Part shown: in pieces, positions 34,614-45,600 of the stretch
How the letters are laid out: each line of letters opens with the position of its first letter
Numbering within the stretch: the stretch's first letter is position 1
IMG/VR virus record: IMGVR_UViG_3300018411_000017
Reading direction: 5' to 3' (one strand)
Origin: a virus
Lineage: Duplodnaviria; Heunggongvirae; Uroviricota; Caudoviricetes
Length of the DNA stretch: 64,000 bases
Program-made: the position numbers and the translations under genes
The notes under the pieces: model-generated
What the model saw: the letters and a program-made list of their open reading frames with translations, nothing else
Told to the model about the DNA's origin: nothing
Database searches by the model: none

Positions 34614-34908
34614 ATATATACTGTTTCCAGTTATTTTTTGGTCTTGTTTTAATATAGGTTTTATCTGATTGATTTAGATAAGCTTCTTTTTCAAATGGGT
34701 TATTTCTATATCCATATAAGCTATAGTAGTATAGGTATTTTATATAGAATGGTATATAGAATAGTTCTCTCATTTGTTTAGAGTGTATTGTTTCGTGTGT
34801 AATTATCTTTTCGGATAGTTTCACGTTTTTCCTTACGAATAATACTCCAAATAGATTTATCGCCGAGAATCCTTTGAATGGTATTATATTGTTTCTTATA
34901 ATAATCAC
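34612..34908 (-). CDS. small HExxH zincin-like protein (DUF4157-like motif)
   Basis: 98 aa; ITHETIHSKQ (HExxH) with a downstream FEKEAY glutamate. Confidence 0.4.
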   Translation of the reverse strand: MIIIRNNIIPFKGFSAINLFGVLFVRKNVKLSEKIITHETIHSKQMRELFYIPFYIKYLYYYSLYGYRNNPFEKEAYLNQSDKTYIKTRPKNNWKQYI

Positions 34909-35400
34909 TTATGGTTTATTTTTGATATCATTTATTGCTCCTATCTGTCCATTTATTCCATAGTAAGAAGTTGCCATATCCCATCCTCTGTTTATTGTTC
35001 TCATTGCTGGTCTTTTCAGTGGTTCTGGTAATCGTTTCACTACTTCTTTACTCGTCTTGATTACTATGGCTTTTGCTGAGTTTCTTACCGCGTCATTTAT
35101 TGTCTCGCCTGTATTTGACGCTTGCTCAAGTCCTTTGGTTAGTTTATCTTTTATTTGTCTGGATGTTATTCCATTTGCTGTTGATATGGCTGAGTCTTTA
35201 AAAGAAGGTAATGCTCCGGTTAATCCAGCTCTAACAAATCCTGTTAAGGCCATTTCTGGGTATACATTTTTCAGGCCTTGTTCAAGCGGTCTTCCATCTG
35301 GCGAGCGATTTGTGAGTGCAAATAGTTGAGATTTAAAAGACCCTCCTGATTGGTATTTAGATCTTTGTTCTATACCAGTTTTTGTTCGGGTTATATCCAT
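34909..35400 (-). CDS. hypothetical protein
   Basis: 163-aa ORF. Confidence 0.45.
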   Translation of the reverse strand: MDITRTKTGIEQRSKYQSGGSFKSQLFALTNRSPDGRPLEQGLKNVYPEMALTGFVRAGLTGALPSFKDSAISTANGITSRQIKDKLTKGLEQASNTGETINDAVRNSAKAIVIKTSKEVVKRLPEPLKRPAMRTINRGWDMATSYYGINGQIGAINDIKNKP

Positions 35401-35845
35401 ATTTCTTTTGTGTTAATGAATCAGTCATTGCTCTATTTACTTTATCTACAAAAGCGTTTTTCTTTTCCTCGCTTGAGAATCCATATTCCTTGCCGCCTAT
35501 ATTAGCTACATATCTTTTGGCTACTACTTCTACTCCTGGTAGATTTACTGTTGCAACTGGAGTATTATCATCTATGGGCTTGTTTGATTCTCTTATGTTT
35601 CCTTGCTTAGTTTTTACTCCTGCAACTATTCCTTTGCCCATTGCTTCTGTTTCTCCTTTTAGTTGTGTGCCATACTTCTTCCCTTTATAATCAAATACTT
35701 TTACTCCAGCTTTTCTTGCAGCAGAAAAGGCTTGCGCAAATGTTTGCGGAGTTGTTGTGATCGGTTGAATAATGCTTGGAGTCACTGGTGTTGACTCGGG
35801 AATAAGGTTTAATGGTGATACTGGTTTGTTTAATAGATTGTCCAT
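35357..35845 (-). CDS. hypothetical protein
   Basis: 162 aa; overlaps the previous ORF by 44 nt in another frame. Confidence 0.45.
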   Translation of the reverse strand: MDNLLNKPVSPLNLIPESTPVTPSIIQPITTTPQTFAQAFSAARKAGVKVFDYKGKKYGTQLKGETEAMGKGIVAGVKTKQGNIRESNKPIDDNTPVATVNLPGVEVVAKRYVANIGGKEYGFSSEEKKNAFVDKVNRAMTDSLTQKKYGYNPNKNWYRTKI

Positions 35846-35846
35846 A

Positions 35847-36551
35847 TTATAAATTATTGTCTCTAAGAATTTGCAAGATTGCTGGAATCTTTTTATTTCT
35901 AACGCAATCCTCGTCCGTTAATTCTACTATCTTAACATTTTCATTATCTTTAAATATTTCGCATATCTTTTTAAGGCAAGACGTTTTCTTATCTTTTAAG
36001 TCTATCTGTTCTATATCTCCAAGAAATATCATTTTAGAATTATCACCTAATCTTGATATAATTGTTTTAAACAAATCAGTTGAAAAATTTTGTGATTCGT
36101 CTATAATTATGATAGCATTCTCTATATTAATTCCTCTAATAAATGCTAGAGGAAGAACTTCTATTACACCATCACTTATAAGTTTGCTAGCTTTGCCTTT
36201 TTTCTCAAATATCTTGTCTAAAAGATAAGTAAACGAATACATATAAGGAGCCATTTTTTCATCTACTGTCCCAGGAATAAAACCAATCGATTCCTCTTTT
36301 ACAGAGGTGACTGATTTGACTAATATGATTTGTTTAAATTGATCTTCCTTTTTTAGAAGATGTAAGGATTGCAATAAAGATACATGAGTTTTCCCTGTCC
36401 CTGCCGGTCCTGTACATATAACTATTTCATGCTCTTTAATAGCTTTGCATAATAGTTTTTGGTTTGGTGTTTTACAATTAATTTTAGGTAATTTATCAAG
36501 AGGTTTATAGTCTAAAACTTCTTTAGCTTGGAGTTCTTTGCCTTTTTTCAT
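35847..36551 (-). CDS. phoH: PhoH-like ATPase
   Basis: Walker A ICTGPAGTGKTHV; IIIIDESQN (Walker B); GDIEQIDL; length about 234 aa, typical of PhoH. Confidence 0.8.
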   Translation of the reverse strand: MKKGKELQAKEVLDYKPLDKLPKINCKTPNQKLLCKAIKEHEIVICTGPAGTGKTHVSLLQSLHLLKKEDQFKQIILVKSVTSVKEESIGFIPGTVDEKMAPYMYSFTYLLDKIFEKKGKASKLISDGVIEVLPLAFIRGINIENAIIIIDESQNFSTDLFKTIISRLGDNSKMIFLGDIEQIDLKDKKTSCLKKICEIFKDNENVKIVELTDEDCVRNKKIPAILQILRDNNL

Positions 36552-36557
36552 AATTGA

Positions 36558-36971
36558 TTATTTTTGTTCAAGTTCAATCTTGTCTTCTTCATCTTTTATA
36601 TTCTTAATAGTTTCTTTTGCTATTGCTTCATAGCATTTGTCTACTATCCATCCAAGTAAATATTCAAATGTCTCATGCGCTGATGGTTCAGCTCCGATAT
36701 ATTCAAATAAATCTTTTGCTGCGTGAGAAGCTTCGTGTGCAACAACCCCAGGCTTTAGATGGTCAGGATGTAGTATGATTAGAGAAGCGCTTTCTCCTAC
36801 ATCCGACAAAGGATAGCACAATCCTTTATATCCGCAAGTTATTTTCTCAAGACTTTGAGAATCTATCTGTTTTAGTTGATTCAATATACTATCCGGATCA
36901 TCGGATATAGCTACATAAAACGTATAAGAATATATCTCTGTTTTATATTTATAGATTTTTGTTTTTGCCAT
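36558..36971 (-). CDS. putative zinc metallopeptidase-like protein (HExxH)
   Basis: 137 aa; VVAHEASHAAKD and a second HETFEYL. Confidence 0.4.
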   Translation of the reverse strand: MAKTKIYKYKTEIYSYTFYVAISDDPDSILNQLKQIDSQSLEKITCGYKGLCYPLSDVGESASLIILHPDHLKPGVVAHEASHAAKDLFEYIGAEPSAHETFEYLLGWIVDKCYEAIAKETIKNIKDEEDKIELEQK

Positions 36972-37197
36972 TATTCCATATATTGGTTATTGTTTCCAGT
37001 CCTAATAGAGCTGAAGAGCATATTGCTAATGTATCAGCCATTAATGGAGCTTGAGTCTCTTGTATGGTGCAATATATTATCACCCATATAAAAGATATCC
37101 ATCCTATTATTCCTGCGACTCTTTTTGAGCTGACTCCAGATCCTGAAGTTAGCATTTGTTTTAAGAACTCAATTGCTTTATTAAAAAACGTTTTCAT
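36949..37197 (-). CDS. small membrane protein (holin-like)
   Basis: 82 aa with two TM segments; immediately upstream of the SLT-like gene. Confidence 0.4.
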   Translation of the reverse strand: MKTFFNKAIEFLKQMLTSGSGVSSKRVAGIIGWISFIWVIIYCTIQETQAPLMADTLAICSSALLGLETITNIWNNGKNKNL

Positions 37198-37814
37198 TTC
37201 ATACCCTTTAATATGTGATTAATATAGTTAGCGAAATATACTCTTTGTTGCATATCTGGTTTACCAGGTCTTAGAAATTTCTCTGTAAATGTTACTGTAG
37301 CTTGTGACGGTGAGTCTGATTTTAAGAATGACTGTCTATTCTTTTCACCAAGCCATGCGTTGCTTAATATGGAAGAATCGTTTGAGAACATTTCTTCTGC
37401 TAAATGGTTTGCTTGAAACGTTAAATCATTTATATTTGATTTATTTTGTTTGGCTGAATTTATCAGGTGTTTATATCTTTCAGACCCTTTTGTGTATTGA
37501 GGTAGGCCATATCCTTGTCCTCCTGATTGATGTATTGCAGGGTTTAATTTAGACTCTTGATATAGAGATCCGATAACTCCTGCTATAGCTGTATTGTTTA
37601 ATCCTTTTGAGGCTAAAGCATCTTTTATTGTTTTGATCTGAGGTTTTAGTTTGTCAAGATTTTCTCTATGTCTTAAATCTATTAAGCCTCTATATTCTTC
37701 TGTTTTTGGTTTAAACTGAAGAGATTCATTTAAGTCTATTAGTGGATTACTATTTGGTCGTGGCATTATTATTGAATTTAAAATAATGTAAATGCATAAT
37801 AGCATCTGCTGCAT
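37194..37814 (-). CDS. lysozyme-like / lytic transglycosylase (SLT-like) domain protein
   Basis: AGVIGSLYQESKLNPAI..GGQGYGLPQYT resembles the SLT catalytic ES...GLMQ region. Confidence 0.45.
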   Translation of the reverse strand: MQQMLLCIYIILNSIIMPRPNSNPLIDLNESLQFKPKTEEYRGLIDLRHRENLDKLKPQIKTIKDALASKGLNNTAIAGVIGSLYQESKLNPAIHQSGGQGYGLPQYTKGSERYKHLINSAKQNKSNINDLTFQANHLAEEMFSNDSSILSNAWLGEKNRQSFLKSDSPSQATVTFTEKFLRPGKPDMQQRVYFANYINHILKGMK

Positions 37815-38247
37815 CGTTATCTTTTTTTGTTAACTGGATCTTATATATGTTATTTATAACATTGATCGTTCTGGTTTTCACATCTAATTCTTTGTCTGGA
37901 TCGTCTTTTAAGGTCCATGCTCGGACTCTATTTACATTCTGATGGATTATAGGTTTATCATATTTAGATCTTAGCATAGAGCTTATAATAGTGTTTATGA
38001 TTATAAGTTTGTTCACTGTTGATCTGTTAGAAGAATTAAGTAATGGTTCTTCTATTACAATAGTATCTATATTGATATCTGGTATTGTTTTAATTAATTC
38101 TTCTGCTATTCTATAATACGAATTAAAAGTTGAATCAGATGATGTTTCTGCTTTTATCTTCTTTGTATTAAAACTATAATAAATAAGTTTCGGAGCGTCT
38201 ATTGCTACTCCGATCATGCTTGTTGATATATCCAATGATAAAATCAT
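37750..38247 (-). CDS. ruvC: RuvC-like Holliday junction resolvase
   Basis: N-terminal ILSLDISTSMIGVAI (RuvC motif I with catalytic D) and C-terminal DAADAIMHLHY (RuvC DAADA motif). Confidence 0.65.
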   Translation of the reverse strand: MILSLDISTSMIGVAIDAPKLIYYSFNTKKIKAETSSDSTFNSYYRIAEELIKTIPDINIDTIVIEEPLLNSSNRSTVNKLIIINTIISSMLRSKYDKPIIHQNVNRVRAWTLKDDPDKELDVKTRTINVINNIYKIQLTKKDNDAADAIMHLHYFKFNNNATTK

Positions 38248-38321
38248 AATAATTTATTTTAATATTAGAATGCAAATATATTGTTTTTTATCCGATTTAT
38301 TTGTATGGCCCATCGTTTTTT

Positions 38322-38329
38322 CTTACTTT
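38322..38329 (+). promoter_or_regulatory. Bacteroidetes-type -7 promoter element (TACTTTTG)
   Basis: About 30 bp upstream of the in-frame ATG at 38360. Confidence 0.4.
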
Positions 38330-38359
38330 TGCAAGAAAATATTAATTAAATTTTATATT

Positions 38360-38692
38360 ATGATTACAAGTGTTATTGAGAATGAAAAAATGTATTATGA
38401 CTTTAAGTCATTATGTAATGTGTTAGATATCAAACCGGCGAATAGAACAAGATTAGGTAGATTGGTAAAGAGTTCTTCTATTCGGATTATAGAAGTAAAT
38501 CAAACCGGTAAAGAATTATCTTATGCTTATACGAGTAATGAGGGTATATCTATCATGTTAAATGAATTTAAAGGTTTAACTAAGATATTAAAAGCTTTTA
38601 AATTAAGAAAAGCTATTTATGACAAATGTTTGTTTAAAGGCTTTTTCAAGATGATTCTAACCGGGGAAATCCCATTAACTTATTTTAATTAA
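38360..38692 (+). CDS. hypothetical protein (first gene of plus-strand late block)
   Basis: The track ORF 38216..38692 runs back into the RuvC gene; the in-frame ATG at 38360 (MITSVIENEK..) has a promoter motif upstream. Confidence 0.45.
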   Translation: MITSVIENEKMYYDFKSLCNVLDIKPANRTRLGRLVKSSSIRIIEVNQTGKELSYAYTSNEGISIMLNEFKGLTKILKAFKLRKAIYDKCLFKGFFKMILTGEIPLTYFN

Positions 38693-38694
38693 CT

Positions 38695-39087
38695 ATGGCA
38701 AATATTCCAGTCCCAAACATCTCCCAGGTTTTAAATGGAGATAATTTCAAGCATTATATTACTATTGGAGATATAGTAGATGGCGTGAAACAAATATTAG
38801 ATTTAAGTGACATTGACATAACAGTTACTTACTTGACATTGAATTCTGTTAAGACATATGTAGCTTCAAAAGTTGGTTCAGTATATACAAATTGCTCATT
38901 AGATGTAACATTGAAAAAGCTAAAAGTTGTATTTGATAATTATGATTTAGACAATGGTGTTGTCCATTGTAGAGTAACTATTAAGATTGCTGACTCTGAT
39001 TATCCTGATGGCTTTGCTACTTTTAATAGATATATATGTACAGGTGTTGAGTTGGTAAGTGATACCTATTTTACTGATGGAATTTAA
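38695..39087 (+). CDS. hypothetical protein (possible virion or fiber-associated)
   Basis: 130-aa ORF immediately upstream of the tail fiber gene. Confidence 0.45.
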   Translation: MANIPVPNISQVLNGDNFKHYITIGDIVDGVKQILDLSDIDITVTYLTLNSVKTYVASKVGSVYTNCSLDVTLKKLKVVFDNYDLDNGVVHCRVTIKIADSDYPDGFATFNRYICTGVELVSDTYFTDGI

Positions 39088-39625
39088 TACTGAGTTAATA
39101 TTGTTATCGGATAATATTTCAACATCAGTTATATTACCTTTGGATAACACTAGCTATTCTAATATAAATTATTGTTATTATAACAATGTGTATTTATCTT
39201 GGGATAGCTATTTTAGTTTAAATGACAATATTCTGTTTTCTTATATAGAAAATATAGAATCAAATAATGCTATTTTAAATATAGTTAAAACTATTAGATC
39301 AAATATTGCTTTATCTTTTATAAGCGATTTGATTATTTCTGCAAAAACAGTAAGTTCTCATATAGAATTATTAACAGTAATCCTTTCTTCTTTAAAAGTT
39401 TGGAATGCTATAATCCTATCAAGGGTTTATTTGTTAAGCAATATAAGCAGTAATATTATATTTAAAAGTTCCTTTTTAAAAGGATGTACAATACCAAGAT
39501 TAGATATTAGAAACAGTTTACTTATAAAATATTACGGTGTAATTCCTAGACTGGCATATAAACTTATAAGTATTGGTAAGCGTTTCTTTTTCTTTAATAA
39601 CAAATTCTTATCAATGAAAAAATGA
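39059..39625 (+). CDS. hypothetical protein
   Basis: 188-aa ORF, Ser/Ile/Leu-rich. Confidence 0.45.
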   Translation: MIPILLMEFNTELILLSDNISTSVILPLDNTSYSNINYCYYNNVYLSWDSYFSLNDNILFSYIENIESNNAILNIVKTIRSNIALSFISDLIISAKTVSSHIELLTVILSSLKVWNAIILSRVYLLSNISSNIIFKSSFLKGCTIPRLDIRNSLLIKYYGVIPRLAYKLISIGKRFFFFNNKFLSMKK

Positions 39626-42600
39626 CAGAAGAAGAAAAAACACTTTTAATAAATGAGATTGTAGACTATTTAATCTCTCATTCTCAATCAGTGGAAGGCA
39701 TTCCTATTCAAGAGAATTTGGATGGCGTTAGTTCTTTCCCGGCTATAAAAGAAATATTAAACGAAGAGTCTCAAGTTGTTAGAGTGTCTTTAGACTCTAT
39801 ATTACCTGAGTTTAGATATTACAACGGACATGTACAGTATCGTTTTTCAAGTGGAAATTGGATAAATCTATTTCAAGTATCCACATCATTAGACGGTTAC
39901 GCTACAAAAGATTATGTGGATTTAAAAGTTAACGAGGTTATATCAAATGCGCCTGTAACTTTGAACACATTAAATAAGATTGCGGCTGCTTTAAATTATG
40001 ATCCCAGTTTTTATCAGAATATATATCAAGCTATTAATACCAAATGGACTACCAACCCTGTTAAGATAGCTAATTGGGATCAGGCTTTTGCGGATAGGCA
40101 TGCTCATGATAATATGTCTTCCTTAAATCTTATAACAGATATTTTAGTAGGGAAATGGAATGAAGCTTATTCTTGGGGTGATCACTCTGAGGCTGGGTAT
40201 GAACATGGATTAGGTAATCCATCGTCTAATGGTCAAATATTATCTTCTAATACAGATGGCACTAGGTCTTGGGTTGATCAATATACTCATCCTCAATCAA
40301 CTGTCGTTCCTGGAATTTATACAAAAGTAACTGTTGATTTGAACGGACATGTTACTTATGGAAATGGATTATCTCAAACTGACATACCTGGTATTAGCTG
40401 GAATCAAGTTCCTTTTGACAGACCAACTACTTTATTAGGTTATGGTATCACAGATGCTTATACTAAAAATTATATCGATAAGTATTTGCAGAGGAAATAC
40501 TCTGGCGTTGTTGATATAAGTGAAATTTTACTAAATGAAAACACTGTTACTGTACCTGCTTCTAAAGTAAATTTATATTCCAATTCAAAGTTTGAAGGGT
40601 ATGTCTCTGAGTATGAAATAGCCGAAAAAACATTTACTATTACAGGTATAGATGTCAAGTATATAGTTGTTTCTTATAATAACGGTTCTCCAGAATATAT
40701 AATCACCCAAGAAAGAGGTATGATTAATTATTCAAATGTAATTCCTATTATTACTCTCATTTATGATGGCGTAAAAATTCATTCCGTGAACTGGGATGAA
40801 CAAGCAAATGGATTATCAGAACGATTATTAAAAAGACTAAATAGGACTCAAAGATTCCAAAGAGATGGAGGTTTACTTATTAATGTTGACGGCAGTAGAA
40901 CTATAACAATTAGTCAGTCTACGATATATTTTGGAGCATCTGAGGTTGTTTATCCGTCGTCATCTAGCTCTACAAATTTGATATACCAATATCATCATAG
41001 TGATGGAGTGTGGACATATACAAGAAGTCAGTTCTTGAATAATTTAGAATATGATAATGGAACTAGTTTAGTTTCATTAAGCAGCGATAACAGATATACT
41101 GTAAATTGGGTTTATGCTGGCGTTGGAGATGATGGAGATATTATCACTGTACTTGGAACTGGTGATTATAAATTGGATGAAGTCGTTAATGCTCAACCGC
41201 CGTCAATATTACCAGATATAATTAGGTTTCACGGTATATTGGTTGGCAAAGTTATATATCAAAAAGGGTTAAATACTCCATATCAAGTAATTAGCATATC
41301 TGAACAATCTATTTCATCAGGAGGATCTGTAGTAGAACATAATAATTTAAATGGATTACAAGGAGGCAATCTAGAAGAGTTTTATCATTTGAGCCACAGC
41401 GAATATTTAAATGCTCAAGACTCTTTGTCTTTTAGTTCTACTCCTGGAACTTATAGATCCGTTACAACAGATTTAAAAGGGAGAATTATTTCTGGTACAA
41501 ATCCAACCACGCTATCAGAATACGGTATATCTGATGAAGATGTTACAAATAGCTTGCTGACTGGATATGTGCCAGGTCCTAATTCCGAAGTTTCATCTAC
41601 TGATAATATAATAGAAGCTATTGGTAAATTACAAGCTTACATTAACGCCAGACAAGGAACCGTTACCTCTGTTGGAATTAGTGTTCCATTAGGCTTTACA
41701 GTGTTAAACTCTCCTATTACAACAAATGGGATTATTGGACTTGGGTATGCCGAAGGGTATTCATTGCCTTCCAATTCCATACAATCTAATTGGTCATCGG
41801 CTTATGATTATTCCTTAATAGGACATCTTCCATTAACAGGAGGAAATCTATCTGGAAATTTAGGGATAACTGGCGATCTTAATATATCTGGGAATATCTA
41901 TCAATCTGGTTCTGTTTATGAGACTCATGCTGAAAATATATATTCTAAAAACGATTATATATACATGAGAGATGGATCTTCTACTGGATTGCTAGATGGT
42001 TATTACTCCGGATTGGAGTTCGTTAAGTACGATGGTGTAAATAACGGAAGATTAGCTATTGATTCATATGGAGTCGCTAGAGTTGGCGACGTTGGTGATG
42101 AACAGCCATTGGCCACAAGAGAGGAAACTCCTTTATCAAATGGGTATGCTTATTGGGATGGATTAAATAAAAGATTTGGCACAAAGCTGATACCGTTTTT
42201 TGAAATAGTAAATAGGCCTACAACTTTAACTGGATATGGCATTACAGATGGACAACCATTAGATGCCGATTTATCTGCGATAGCCAACTTAAGTGACACT
42301 AGTGGTTTACTTAGAAAAACATCTATCAATACCTGGGTGTTAGATACTAATATATATTTAACTGCAATAACAAAAGCACAAGTTGAAGCTGTATTAACAG
42401 GTGATATTGCAACTCATACTCATAGTCAATACTTAACAGGAAACCAAACTATTACAGTATCAGGTGATGCAACAGGTAGTGGAATCACTTCTATAGCTCT
42501 AACATTAGCAAACAGTGGAGTAGCAGCCGGAACATATAATAATGTTGCTACTCAAGTTAGACCTTTTACCGTTGATTCTAAAGGACGGATAACTAGTATT

Positions 42601-45600
42601 GGTACTGCCGTTACAATTACACCTGATTGGGTTAATATAACAAGCAAACCTACAACTTTAGCAGGTTACGGTATCACTGATGCTTATACAACATCTTCTG
42701 CCGATAATACATTCTTGAAATTGGCTGGTGGTACATTAACCGACAGTCTTACCATCGAAGGTAATGGTGAATATCGACTTTTAACTATTGGCGATAGTGA
42801 CGGTATAAATATTAAATTGCATAATGCTTATTGGCTAGGGATCGGCACTGGTAGATGCGCATCTTTAAGCACTTATAACAATACAACGCATTTAGGTTCT
42901 ATTAGTGTTTATGAGTATCCTTTCTTTACAAATGGAGCTGGTACGAACTATACTATTTGGCACGCTGGTAATATGGGTTCAGGTAGCGGATTGGATGCTG
43001 ATTTACTAGATGGATTAAATAGCTCTTTCTTTTTTAGAACAAATGGAGGTGTAAAAGGGAATTTTAATGACGCATCTACTTTAGTAGACAATTCGACTTG
43101 TTATTGGACACCAACAACTGTTGGTAGTCCAAATGGTGCGTATGGAGTTTTAATGAGTGTTTCGGATAATATAGGATGGTATAATCAACTTGGCTTTGGA
43201 ACTGATACTCGTATTTATTTTAGACAATCTATTAATAGTCCTACAAATTTTGGAGGTTGGAATACCTTAGCATTTACTACTGATAATGTTGCATCTGCTA
43301 CAAAACTTGCTACAACTAGAAGTATTTGGGGGCAAAATTTTGATGGTAGTGGGAATGTTAGTGGTGCAATGACTGGGGTGAGCACAATTTCAGCTAGCGG
43401 AAATATCACAACAAGTGGAATTGTTTATACAAACGGAAAAGCTAACACTGGTGATCAAGATTTATCTAATTTATCTACTTATGATTATGTAGATAATACA
43501 TTCTTGAAATTGGCTGGTGGAACAATGACAGGAACTCTTGATTTTTCAGTAGCAGGAAATAATGTTGCTAATTTTAAATCTAGCAGTTCTATTGGCGTTG
43601 TAACACTTGCTGGTAATGGTACTTATGGTACAAGATTAGATATAAAAAATGCAACAAATACAGCAAATGTAATACAACTTAATTTTGATGGTAGTGGTTA
43701 TTTTGCGTCAAATGTTACTGCCGCTAATTATCTAAGAGCCGATGGTGCTACTGTTTGGCATTCAGGCAACGATGGTGCTGGTAGTGGATTAGATGCTGAT
43801 TTACTAGATAATATGGATTCAACTTATTTTGACCATCGTTATTATATAGGATCACATCCTGATTATAGAAATATAGTCATATTACTTTTTGATATTAATG
43901 CGTGGAATCAGCATCGTATTAATGGAAGATTTTATTCAGAATCAGGTGGAGGTGGTCGTTATATATCCACCGATGTAGATATATGGTATTCACGATGGAA
44001 CGTTGATACAAATTATGATAAAAGTATTAATATAGTTAATAAAAGTATTTTTGGTTCTTTGGATTTAGTTACTTGTGTATATAATGGGATTACTTATTTG
44101 GCTTTAAAATATGATGATAACGATCAGGCAAAATCTTGGCATTTCAGTGGAACTGGAACAGAATCTTTTACTATGGTGGAATACTATAATCGTCAAACTA
44201 GTACTGCTATTAATAGTGAGATATATAATAGCTTGACTGACGTAAATAGTTGGAATACTTATAGTATAAGACACGGAGCAAAATCATTTGCTTATACTGA
44301 TTCAAACGTTGCTTCTGCTACTAAACTACAAACAGGTAGATATTTATTTGGTCAATATTTCGATGGAACAAGTGATGTAAATGGTGATTGCGTTATTAAT
44401 CGTAATGGTGCAGATACAGGTATTAAAATTTATAATGATAGTGACACATATAGTTCTATTAGATTTAATGATACATCAGGTCTTTTTGCAACTATACACG
44501 CCTTTACACAATCAGCACATATATATAATGGAGAAAAATCAATTAACCTTGATGCAGCAGCAATAACATTTGGGTATTGGGACGATCCAACTTTATATAT
44601 TAAAAGACCTGCTAAGAGAGTAGGTATTAATACAACTAATCCTCAATCAGCTTTAGATATAGCAAGCGGTTCTTTAACCTTGAGATCATTTGTTAGCCGT
44701 GACGCTAATACTGGTGAAGGTTTTGAAATTGGATATTCAAACGGTGGCGTATTGCAAGCTTATGATAGAACAGCATCTGCTTATAAACCGATTACTTACA
44801 ATGCTTCACAGCATACATTTAATATTGGTAATGTATTAATCGGTACTGAAATTGATTCAGGTTATAAATTAGATGTTGCTGGCACATTAAGAACAACAGG
44901 TGCTGCTACTTTTAATTCTTTAGGAATCGCAAATACAAGTTCCACTTCGGGAAATGGCATATCTCTATATGGTGGAGCTAATTCTGGTAAACCAACATAC
45001 GGACTATTTTTTGGAGGAACATCAACTTTTGGAACTCACGGAGGTGTTAGTGCAGATTGGGCAACATATTTTACTATGGATAATACTCCAGCTAGAGGTT
45101 GGATATTTAAAAGAGATACTGTAAACGTTGCTTCTATTAGTGCAGGAGGCAATGCTAACTTTAATGGCATTTTAAGAGTTGGTAGTTATATTTCTACTGG
45201 CGAAGCCGCCGATGATTCTTATGGGTGGATTAATGTTACAAGAAGCGCCTCGATTGAAAATGCATCTTATTTTTCAATGGTAAGAGCTGGAAGTTATGCG
45301 GTAGGATTTGGTATAGCGACTGATAATAGTATTATTATTGGAGGTGCTGCTAATGATAGAACTATTGTAGATACTTATTTAAAATTAAGTAGTCAGCACG
45401 TATCAACAACTAAGCCATTTAGTTCTAGTAATAGAATATTTACAGGCTATGACTCAGGCGTAGCAAATTCAATAAGTTGTTCAGGGTGGTTCAGAAGTGA
45501 AAGTACGACAGGGTGGTACAATGCAACTTATGGTGGTGGCATTTGGATGAATGGCAATACGTATGTAGAAGTATATGGTAATAAAGCTTTTAAAGTTACT

